Positions 19,931 to 25,921 of a stretch of DNA of 38,533 bases are shown here, in pieces. This stretch comes from a virus. Under the pieces are notes generated by a model. It searched no databases, was not told the origin of the DNA, and saw only the letters and a program-made list of their open reading frames with translations. The stretch lies in the IMG/VR virus record IMGVR_UViG_3300045988_077292, positions 1 to 38,533 of that record. One strand, written 5' to 3'. The first letter of the stretch is position 1. Every line of letters starts with the position of its first letter. Both the position numbers and the translations under genes were made by a program.

Positions 19931-19981
19931 ACAAAACTGTGCGGTAAAATTACAAAAGTGAGAGTTGTTTTCACAAAAGTG
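19931..19981. promoter_or_regulatory. Three ACAAAA(C/G)TG repeats phased at exactly 21 bp (19931, 19952, 19973): operator-like iterons
   Basis: Read directly in the divergent intergenic region between the integrase operon and the small + strand unit. Confidence 0.5.
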
Positions 19982-20076
19982 TAGGGTTATGCTGTGAACA
20001 AGTAAGAATGCTGTCGTTCATCAACTGTTCACAATATACACCAACAAGAAATATATGTCAAGGAGGAACTGAGAAA

Positions 20077-20199
20077 ATGTACCGATTGGATTGTAAGCTG
20101 GGCAGTATGCTGCCGTGCCGGTGCTGCTGCCGTCATTGGTGCTGCCCGGGATTTATGTGGAGACGAGGACGAAGCGGGCGGCGGACGCTGCCGCAGTGA
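20077..20199 (+). CDS. Possible 40-aa Cys/Arg-rich peptide (MYRLDCKLGSMLPCRCCCRHWCCPGFMWRRGRSGRRTLPQ)
   Basis: AAGGAGG at 20060-20066 sits 10 nt before the ATG. The composition is odd, so this may be non-coding. Confidence 0.3.
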   Translation: MYRLDCKLGSMLPCRCCCRHWCCPGFMWRRGRSGRRTLPQ

Positions 20200-20211
20200 G
20201 AGGAGAAAAGA

Positions 20212-20301
20212 ATGAGGCAACTGATAGAGGCGAAGCTGAACGAGGCAACCGAGGAACAACTGAGATACATACTGCTCATGCTGGACAACATGATAAAGTA
20301 G
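20212..20301 (+). CDS. Possible 29-aa helical peptide (MRQLIEAKLNEATEEQLRYILLMLDNMIK)
   Basis: AGGAG sits 6 nt before ATG 20212, and a strong terminator follows immediately. Confidence 0.35.
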   Translation: MRQLIEAKLNEATEEQLRYILLMLDNMIK

Positions 20302-20318
20302 AGCGGGAGAAAAGAGAG

Positions 20319-20355
20319 CCGCCCGGCGCATTAAGCGTCGGGCGGTTTTTTGTTT
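20319..20355 (+). terminator. Strong rho-independent terminator (overlaps the 3' end of the convergent repressor gene)
   Basis: CCGCCCGGCGC attaa GCGTCGGGCGG (11 bp with one G-U pair) followed by TTTTTTGTTTG. Confidence 0.8.
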
Positions 20356-20735
20356 GTATCAGTAGGGAGCTTTTGAAGAAGCTCTAGGAGTTTATCCCAC
20401 TGTTCAACATCTGTGTTACACATAAAATCAATGAGTTTCATTTCAAGCTCATTACCTTTGCCGCTGAGAAGCTTGGTCATGTAGGCAGTTATCTCAGCAG
20501 AGCGGGCAGCGTCCGGATCAAATGTTCCTGCACCATCGCGCAGCCAATCCTCATCAGCTTTGAACTCCCGGCAGATAGAACGAATGGCAACTTCGGACGG
20601 AACACGGACGCCGGATTCCCAAGTCGCAACCGTATTCTGCTTTACGCCAATGCGCTGCCCAAATTCGGCTTGAGAAATATGATGAGCTTTCCGCAAAGAT
20701 TTTATTCGCGCGCCGATTGAATCGACAACAATCAT
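20331..20735 (-). CDS. XRE-family repressor paralog 1 (134 aa)
   Basis: HTH ISQAEFGQRIGVKQNTVATWESG. The C-terminal domain ITAYMTKLLSG..ELEMKLIDFM..DVEQWDKLLEL is shared with the neighbouring gene. Confidence 0.8.
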   Translation of the reverse strand: MIVVDSIGARIKSLRKAHHISQAEFGQRIGVKQNTVATWESGVRVPSEVAIRSICREFKADEDWLRDGAGTFDPDAARSAEITAYMTKLLSGKGNELEMKLIDFMCNTDVEQWDKLLELLQKLPTDTNKKPPDA

Positions 20736-20774
20736 CCCCTTTCAAAATAAATACATCGCCAAGTGATTTTTATA

Positions 20775-20803
20775 TTGACAAACACGAGCTGAAATAATAT
20801 AAT
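20775..20803 (+). promoter_or_regulatory. Perfect consensus sigma-A promoter TTGACA-17-TATAAT, pointing antisense into repressor paralog 2
   Basis: TTGACA at 20775-20780, a 17-nt spacer, TATAAT at 20798-20803. It is flanked by the 9-bp inverted repeat TATATTGAC / GTCAATATA (20771-20779 and 20810-20818). Confidence 0.6.
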
Positions 20804-20831
20804 CACATCGTCAATATAAATATCACAATGT

Positions 20832-21236
20832 CTATTTATTCGGCGGTTTTTCTATTTCGGATATGTTCTTCGCGAGCGGGCGGATGAGTTCGAGGAGCTT
20901 GTCCCACTGGTCAACATCTGTCGCCGCCATGAAGTCTATGAGCTTCTCCTCCAGCTCGGAGCGCTCGCCGGAGAGGAGCTTGCCCATGTAAGCGGCGATC
21001 GCGTCCTTGCGCGAAAGCTCCTTGAACATGGGACCGCCCTCATCGCCGTGCCGCAGCCACAGCTCATTGACACCAAACTCACGGCAGATGTCTGAAATGG
21101 TGCGCTCACTGGGAGTACCGCCACTGACAAGTTTAGATACATACTGCTGAGAGACGTTTATTCTTTTTGCAAAGGCAGTCTTTGTAAGACCTGATTTATC
21201 AACTACCTCGCCTATGCGTTCGTTGATGGTGCTCAT
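20832..21236 (-). CDS. XRE-family repressor paralog 2 (134 aa from ATG 21236)
   Basis: RBS AAGGGGGTG. HTH LTKTAFAKRINVSQQYVSKLVSG. The C-terminus IAAYMGKLLSG..ELEEKLIDFM..DVDQWDKLLEL is paralogous to 20331-20735. Confidence 0.8.
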   Translation of the reverse strand: MSTINERIGEVVDKSGLTKTAFAKRINVSQQYVSKLVSGGTPSERTISDICREFGVNELWLRHGDEGGPMFKELSRKDAIAAYMGKLLSGERSELEEKLIDFMAATDVDQWDKLLELIRPLAKNISEIEKPPNK

Positions 21237-21258
21237 TCTAATCACCCCCTTTGTGCTG

Positions 21259-21287
21259 ACTATATCATGAGGAAAAAACTTTGTCAA
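21259..21287 (-). promoter_or_regulatory. Repressor (lysogenic) promoter TTGACA-17-TGaTATAGT on the minus strand
   Basis: The reverse complement of 21282-21287 is TTGACA, and of 21259-21264 is TATAGT with an upstream TG. It sits about 20 nt upstream of the repressor RBS. Confidence 0.65.
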
Positions 21288-21318
21288 GAAAAAACACAAC
21301 TAAGTGGTGAAAAAATGC

Positions 21319-21347
21319 TTGACAACGAAACTCACGCGTGGTAATAT
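21319..21347 (+). promoter_or_regulatory. Divergent early (lytic) promoter TTGACA-17-TGgTAATAT
   Basis: TTGACA at 21319-21324, a 17-nt spacer ending in TGG, TAATAT at 21342-21347. It is back-to-back with the repressor promoter. Confidence 0.65.
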
Positions 21348-21392
21348 ACAACCAAGGCGTAACAAAATAATACTCAGTAAGGAGTAAAGACA

Positions 21393-21548
21393 ATGAATTT
21401 TGAAGAGCTTGTAAAACTCGTTGTAGGCAACAAACATCTGAGAAGTAGGTGGGACGTTGTAAGTTACCTAATCGGATATAAAAAGATGATAGACGAAACA
21501 GACTGGGAACACATCGAACAAATGTATGTGGATGGTCTCATAGAGTGA
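21393..21548 (+). CDS. Small early protein (51 aa), first ORF after the early promoter
   Basis: TAAGGAG RBS 8 nt before ATG 21393. Its stop abuts the stop of the convergent membrane-protein gene. Confidence 0.45.
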   Translation: MNFEELVKLVVGNKHLRSRWDVVSYLIGYKKMIDETDWEHIEQMYVDGLIE

Positions 21549-22358
21549 TTAGTCATAATCACCGGATGAATAGAAAAGTATCTGAGAGATACCGTGCAGA
21601 CCGTCAGCAAGAAGAGAGTAGAGTTCATCAAAGTCAAGAGCCGCGCCGGTCTCCATACAAGCTTCAAGTAGTTCTTTTCCCTCACGAATGGTATTTAGAT
21701 ATTCATCTATATCCGATAGAAACTCACCCCGATTCCATTCAAAGTCATCTGAGCTATCGACCAGTCCACGCCTAAAACCAGCGCTGTACCCAACGCGGAA
21801 TGAATCGCTCGCTATATCAATGTCTTCACTGGAAAGTTCTAATGCCGGAAACATTTTACCACGCTGATATTCAATCCCCGCGTAAAAGCCAAAGTCAAAG
21901 CCAGAAGAATAGCCATCGGTATATGACAAATGTTCGCGATATTCCATATCGTCATCTGTGTACAAGCCATCATCTAAGGCTGCTTCGTATCCTTCGTTGC
22001 GTGCAGCGGATCTGATTTCACTGATTTCGTCGGCGGTATAGAACAGCTTACCATTAAAAAAACAGATAAACATGGAGAGCGCAAGCAGAACCAGAGAGAC
22101 AGCGAAGATAGATTCAGCTGGATTTTCTTCCGAGTTCTCAGTGTCGCAAAGGCTGTGGCTTACAATCAATGCGAGGACAGAAGTGACACCTAAAGAAAGA
22201 CCAATGATAATTTTAGAAGACACGTCGAAGTGAGACAATACAGCGTTATTGAGGCTAAAGGCACCACCAAAAATGAGAATGTAGAGGAGAATAAACGACC
22301 AACCTTTTGCGAATGCAAACGCAATGTGAATAAAGAATGCAGATAGTTTTTCTTTCAT
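21549..22358 (-). CDS. Multi-pass membrane protein with an acidic cytoplasmic domain carrying GYxxGFxxG repeats (269 aa from ATG 22358); prophage moron, candidate exclusion/abortive-infection factor
   Basis: About 4 hydrophobic helices in the N-terminal 115 aa. The C-terminus has GYEAALDDG, GYSSGFDFG and GYSAGFRRG. The region is visibly AT-rich compared with the rest of the genome. It has the same orientation as the repressors. Confidence 0.7.
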   Translation of the reverse strand: MKEKLSAFFIHIAFAFAKGWSFILLYILIFGGAFSLNNAVLSHFDVSSKIIIGLSLGVTSVLALIVSHSLCDTENSEENPAESIFAVSLVLLALSMFICFFNGKLFYTADEISEIRSAARNEGYEAALDDGLYTDDDMEYREHLSYTDGYSSGFDFGFYAGIEYQRGKMFPALELSSEDIDIASDSFRVGYSAGFRRGLVDSSDDFEWNRGEFLSDIDEYLNTIREGKELLEACMETGAALDFDELYSLLADGLHGISQILFYSSGDYD

Positions 22359-22402
22359 AGCGAAAAATCCTTTCAAAAAATGTAATGGAGGCGAGCGGGA
22401 TG
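22356..22402. repeat. Bidirectional leader cassette copy 1: CATAGCGAAAAATCCTTTCaAAAAATGTAATGGAGGCGAGCGGGATG
   Basis: The left end is the reverse-complement ATG plus leader of the minus-strand gene. The right end is GGAGG-8 nt-ATG of the + strand gene. It recurs at 23001-23046. Confidence 0.85.
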
Positions 22403-22831
22403 AAATTTAATTATGAGCGTTTGAGCAAAAAGATTAAAGAAAAATATCGAGCGCAAGATGCGTTCGCGAAAGTGATTGGGATAACACGCACATCGCTATC
22501 CTACAAGCTAAACGGGAAAAGCTCTTGGCACGCGGATGAGATGTACAAGGTATGCAAAGCGCTCGACATACCGCTGAAAGAAATCCCACGGTATTTTTTT
22601 GAGCCCAAAGGCTCAGTGGCAGAGGCGCAAAGCGCGAGGATGCGAGAACTGAGCAGAGGAGAAGCAGCCGCAGCGGCGCTGACGATGCTGCTGGGTTACA
22701 CGAGGGACATCAACCAGAGGCGCAGACTTGAGTACGGCGACAGCGGGGACGCGGTGCTGGCGTTCAATGAAGAAGCGCTGGAGGAAGCGCTGCGCTGCGT
22801 GGAACTGGTCAACGATTCCGAATGCTATTGA
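22400..22831 (+). CDS. XRE-family HTH early regulator (Cro/antirepressor-like, 143 aa from ATG 22400)
   Basis: GGAGG sits 8 nt before ATG 22400. HTH AQDAFAKVIGITRTSLSYKLNGKSSW. Confidence 0.7.
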   Translation: MKFNYERLSKKIKEKYRAQDAFAKVIGITRTSLSYKLNGKSSWHADEMYKVCKALDIPLKEIPRYFFEPKGSVAEAQSARMRELSRGEAAAAALTMLLGYTRDINQRRRLEYGDSGDAVLAFNEEALEEALRCVELVNDSECY

Positions 22832-23003
22832 AAATCTCGAAAGCCCTGTTCCGGCAGACTGTGGTGCATTCTTTATAGCATGGTTGATAAGTATCACACC
22901 CAGCAAAAGCATAGCGATCATCCAGCGGATAAGGCAATAGGTAGACATCAACGTGATTGAAATGAACAGGGCAGAGCACGTTTATAGTGACGGTCTTTTT
23001 CAT
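22809..23003 (-). CDS. Small 4-5 Cys protein B (64 aa)
   Basis: It starts with the conserved leader GAAAGGATTTTTCGCT-ATG. Its Cys spacing is like that of 23457-23693. The 3' end overlaps the convergent HTH gene by 23 nt. Confidence 0.45.
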   Translation of the reverse strand: MKKTVTINVLCPVHFNHVDVYLLPYPLDDRYAFAGCDTYQPCYKECTTVCRNRAFEIFNSIRNR

Positions 23004-23046
23004 AGCGAAAAATCCTTTCTAAAAATGTAATGGAGGCGAGCGGGTG
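23001..23046. repeat. Bidirectional leader cassette copy 2 (1 mismatch and a 1-nt deletion that converts the ATG to GTG)
   Basis: catagcgaaaaatcctttctaaaaatgtaatggaggcgagcgggtg, read directly and compared with copy 1. Confidence 0.85.
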
Positions 23047-23227
23047 TTTGCACTGGAAAAGAAGCAACTGTACATAGTGCAAGAGCCATTGAGGAAAAAT
23101 CGCAGTTGCCAAAGCTATAGGTGGAAACAGGTTCTTCTTTGCGAAGATAAGCAACCACTTATCGAGATACTTAATGCGCAGAGCAGCCCTAGAGATTGGC
23201 GGGTTATCCCACTCGGGGACAGCGCAG

Positions 23228-23245
23228 ATGGAGGCGAGCGGGATG
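23228..23245 (+). repeat. Right-half leader copy (ATGGAGGCGAGCGGGATG) in front of gene 23243
   Basis: 18-nt identity with the right halves of copies 1 and 2. Confidence 0.8.
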
Positions 23246-23476
23246 GAAGTAATACAGATCAGTGCAGCGCAGAGAACAGCGCTGCAAGCAGCGCGAAGCA
23301 ATGAGCAACCGCGCCCAATGTCAAGCATGGCAGAGACAGTGCTGAATGCGACGAACGTGTGGAACTGGCTGCACAAGGACAGAGAGACGCCGCCGAGTGT
23401 GCTTAAAGCATTCGACGATATATGCGAGCAGCTGAACGTGCCGTATGTGATAGACGTCACCACGGTGGAGAGTTGA
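23243..23476 (+). CDS. Small early protein with a degenerate XRE-like HTH (77 aa)
   Basis: GGAGG-8 nt-ATG identical to the 22400 start. AETVLNATNVWNWLHKDRETPPSVLKAFDDICEQLNVP resembles the recognition-helix half of XRE domains. Confidence 0.55.
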   Translation: MEVIQISAAQRTALQAARSNEQPRPMSSMAETVLNATNVWNWLHKDRETPPSVLKAFDDICEQLNVPYVIDVTTVES

Positions 23477-23693
23477 GATAAGGAAAGCCGGGAATTTCGT
23501 TACGCTGGCGATCTTCAAGGCGGGCAATCAAAAGCTTGAGAGCAGTGACCGCGCAGTCTTGGCAGGTTTGAGAACCGTTTGAATCTTCACAGTAATTGGG
23601 GAGCGGAATCCCGTCCTCGGTAACAACGAAGTAAAAAGTTTTTTCGCGCCCGTAGTCGGCGCGGCAAGGGACCGTGACACGCGGTTGAGCCAT
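23457..23693 (-). CDS. Small 4-Cys protein B' (78 aa), paralog-like of 22809-23003
   Basis: Same leader GAAAGGATTTTTCGCT-ATG. Pattern VTV.C-x24-C-x7-C-x2-C. The 3' end overlaps the convergent gene by 20 nt. Confidence 0.5.
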   Translation of the reverse strand: MAQPRVTVPCRADYGREKTFYFVVTEDGIPLPNYCEDSNGSQTCQDCAVTALKLLIARLEDRQRNEIPGFPYLNSPPW

Positions 23694-23710
23694 AGCGAAA
23701 AATCCTTTCT
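23691..23710. repeat. Left-half leader copy 3 (CATAGCGAAAAATCCTTTCT)
   Basis: 20-nt identity with 23001-23020. Confidence 0.85.
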
Positions 23711-23766
23711 ATATATTTTTTATCATCATAGCACAGCAATTACCAACAAACAAGGAGGAAATACAA

Positions 23767-23949
23767 ATGGGTGCAAATGAAGAGAGCAGAGCTGACGCTC
23801 TGGCAATGGTATGCAATGGGCTGCCGGACGAGCAGGTGAGCTACGTCCGCGGAGTGCTGGACGGCATGAGGATGGCAGCACCGAAGAGAAAGGAGGACGG
23901 CCATGCCGATAGTGATAACGAGGACAGGTCCGCTGTCAGTGATAGATGA
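23767..23949 (+). CDS. Small early protein (60 aa)
   Basis: CAAGGAGGAAATACAA ATG. Confidence 0.5.
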   Translation: MGANEESRADALAMVCNGLPDEQVSYVRGVLDGMRMAAPKRKEDGHADSDNEDRSAVSDR

Positions 23950-24058
23950 CGGTGGGGTGAACGAGGCGGCGATCACAGAAATGTGGGGCGTACTCCTTCG
24001 GAAGTATGTGCAGCAGCACCCGGAGGTATGGGACACGCCGCCAAGCGCGGCGATATAA
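23903..24058 (+). CDS. Small early protein (51 aa, MPIVITRTGPLSVIDDGGVNEAAITEMWGVLLRKYVQQHPEVWDTPPSAAI)
   Basis: AAGGAGGA sits 5 nt before ATG 23903. It is below the track cutoff and overlaps the previous ORF by 47 nt. Confidence 0.45.
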   Translation: MPIVITRTGPLSVIDDGGVNEAAITEMWGVLLRKYVQQHPEVWDTPPSAAI

Positions 24059-24068
24059 GGAGGAGAGC

Positions 24069-24317
24069 ATGGAAACGATCATATCATTCATAGGCGGGCT
24101 GAGCGTCGGGGAGACCGCGGCGCTTGCCCTTGGCATAGTGGCGGCGCTGTTTATGGTTCCGCCGCTTGTCATAGCGGCGGTGCAGCACGTGGACAAGGTA
24201 GTGCACAGCTGCACGGACAGGATAGACTATGACCCCGGCTGGATGGACGCAAAGTACTATCGGCAGATGGAGCGCGAGGAGCGCGCGGCCGGCCGGACAT
24301 GGAGGCGCGGGGCATGA
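24069..24317 (+). CDS. Small membrane protein (82 aa)
   Basis: TAAGGAGGAGAGC ATG. Hydrophobic segment LSVGETAALALGIVAALFMVPPLVIAAV. Confidence 0.6.
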   Translation: METIISFIGGLSVGETAALALGIVAALFMVPPLVIAAVQHVDKVVHSCTDRIDYDPGWMDAKYYRQMEREERAAGRTWRRGA

Positions 24318-24538
24318 GAGTGTGGCTGTGTGACGCGCACAAAAAGATGCACTACTGCGGCGGGAGCATGGTCAAGGTGAGCGGCTACGGTGCGTGCAGT
24401 GTCGAGGGCTGCACCGCCACGGCACATGAATACATATTCATTCCGCCTCGCGAGTTCGGCAAGAGCAAGGCGGCAACGGATAAATATCCCACGAGAAACA
24501 CAAGAGCACAATACAAAGGTGACTGGAGGAGAACATAA
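24314..24538 (+). CDS. Small Cys-rich (zinc-finger-like) protein (74 aa)
   Basis: ATGA coupling at 24314. Sequence is MRVWLCDAHKKMHYCGG...CSVEGC. Confidence 0.55.
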   Translation: MRVWLCDAHKKMHYCGGSMVKVSGYGACSVEGCTATAHEYIFIPPREFGKSKAATDKYPTRNTRAQYKGDWRRT

Positions 24539-24969
24539 TGGGAGCACATTACAGAACCTGCGCAACAGCACAGACGAAAGAGAAGAAGACCAAGCTGCCG
24601 ACGTGCGCCAAGGAGGGCGAGGAACAGGCGACGCTGTTCCATTGGGCGGCAATGCAGCAGAGCGAGTACCCGGAGCTGGCACTGCTGTTCCATATTCCGA
24701 ACGGCGGCAAGCGCGGCAAGGCGGAGGCGGCACGCTTCAAGATGGAGGGGGTCAAGGCGGGTGTGCCAGATCTCTTCCTCCCCGTTGCTATCGGCAATCG
24801 GCACGGGCTGTTTATCGAGATGAAGCGTGTGGTCGGCGGCAAGGTCAGCAGCGAACAGGTGGAGTGGGGCGAACGGTTGACAGAGCAAGGGTACGCATGG
24901 ATAATGTGCCGCGGCTGGGAGGAGACGGCGACCATGATCAAGCGGTACCTGGACGGGCTATGGGAATGA
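24538..24969 (+). CDS. VRR-NUC domain nuclease (143 aa)
   Basis: EEQATLFHWA...LFHIPNGGKRGKAEAARFKMEGVKAGVPDLFLP...GLFIEMKR...VSSEQVEW...L..QGY fits the VRR-NUC (PD-(D/E)xK) signature. Confidence 0.8.
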   Translation: MGAHYRTCATAQTKEKKTKLPTCAKEGEEQATLFHWAAMQQSEYPELALLFHIPNGGKRGKAEAARFKMEGVKAGVPDLFLPVAIGNRHGLFIEMKRVVGGKVSSEQVEWGERLTEQGYAWIMCRGWEETATMIKRYLDGLWE

Positions 24970-25003
24970 CCCCATAAAATAATCAGAATAAAGGAGAAGA
25001 ATC

Positions 25004-25294
25004 ATGTACGAAGGAAAGTATGTAATCGTTCGCGGGGATCGTTCCGGCGTTTTTGCTGGGACACTGAAAGCCAAGGAGAGGCGCGAAGTCGAGCTGACCG
25101 ACTGCCGACGCATCTGGTATTGGGATGGTGCTGCAAGCATATCTCAGCTGGCGGTTGACGGCACAAGCGCGGCTGCCTCCTGCAAGTTCCCCGTGCCGGT
25201 AGCGTCAATAGTGATTACAGATGTGATCGAGATAATCCCCTGCACGGAGAAAGCGGAAGCCTCCATTAAGGCGGTGAAGGAATGGAAGAGATAA
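25004..25294 (+). CDS. Hypothetical early protein (96 aa); contains the left arm of the 31-bp inverted repeat
   Basis: AAGGAGAAGAATC ATG, clean ORF. Confidence 0.6.
   Translation: MYEGKYVIVRGDRSGVFAGTLKAKERREVELTDCRRIWYWDGAASISQLAVDGTSAAASCKFPVPVASIVITDVIEIIPCTEKAEASIKAVKEWKR
25127..25157. repeat. Inverted repeat, left arm GGTGCTGCAAGCATATCTCAGCTGGCGGTTG
   Basis: It is the perfect reverse complement of 25389-25419 (31/31), checked base by base. Confidence 0.95.
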
Positions 25295-25920
25295 AGCTGC
25301 GGGAATTTCTGCACGTAGATTTTACCGGCGACGGCGACGGCTCCGGCTCCGGCTACGGCTACGGCATAAAAAACTGTATCCACTCTTGCAACCGCCAGCT
25401 GAGATATGCTTGCAGCACCCCCGGCTCCGGCTACGGCTACGGCTACGTCTCCGGCATAAAATCAATATGCGGCATGGCGGTCAATATGATAGACGGCGTG
25501 CCGACTATCATCACACACCTACACGGCAACGTGGCCAAGGGCTTTATAGTCGATTCAGATATGTCAATGACCACAACGTTTGTTGTAAAGGGGCAGAATC
25601 TGTTTGCCCATGGTGCGACACTCGCAGAAGCGGTGGCAGCACTGGAAGAAAAGATCATGGAGAACCTGCCGGTAGAAGAACGACTTAAGGCGTTCAAGGC
25701 AAAATTCAGCCCCGGCAAGACCTACACCGTGGCAGAGTTTTACGACTGGCATCATCGCTTGACAGGCAGCTGCACGCAGGGACGGGACCATTTTGCACAA
25801 GAACACAGGCTGTCGATGGACGACCCAATGACCCCGGAAGAGTTTATCCAGTTGACCAAGGACGCATACGGCGGCGCGGTCATTCGGCAGCTCGCCGAGT
25901 ATTACGGAGAGGAGAAATAG
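25282..25920 (+). CDS. Hypothetical early protein with GSGSGYGYG repeats (212 aa); contains the right arm of the inverted repeat
   Basis: Clean ORF that overlaps the previous gene by 13 nt. Confidence 0.6.
   Translation: MEEIKLREFLHVDFTGDGDGSGSGYGYGIKNCIHSCNRQLRYACSTPGSGYGYGYVSGIKSICGMAVNMIDGVPTIITHLHGNVAKGFIVDSDMSMTTTFVVKGQNLFAHGATLAEAVAALEEKIMENLPVEERLKAFKAKFSPGKTYTVAEFYDWHHRLTGSCTQGRDHFAQEHRLSMDDPMTPEEFIQLTKDAYGGAVIRQLAEYYGEEK
25389..25419. repeat. Inverted repeat, right arm CAACCGCCAGCTGAGATATGCTTGCAGCACC
   Basis: Perfect reverse complement of 25127-25157. It is flanked by 21-bp direct repeats GGCTCCGGCTACGGCTACGGC at 25345 and 25423. Confidence 0.95.
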
Positions 25921-25921
25921 C

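Noticed and set aside
20115-20387. 90-aa + strand ORF overlapping the small unit, the terminator and the repressor 3' end.
   Set aside because: It starts at an internal GTG without an RBS, reads straight through a strong terminator and into an oppositely oriented gene.
23044-23304. 86-aa GTG-start ORF downstream of leader cassette copy 2.
   Set aside because: The cassette has lost the A of its ATG. The ORF product looks non-protein-like, runs through the next conserved RBS in another frame and overlaps gene 23243 by 60 nt. It is more likely a decayed remnant than a gene.
22948-23463. 171-aa minus-strand ORF spanning the same region.
   Set aside because: It has no RBS or leader motif, its composition is hydrophobic and Cys/Ser-rich, and it overlaps better-supported genes on both strands.
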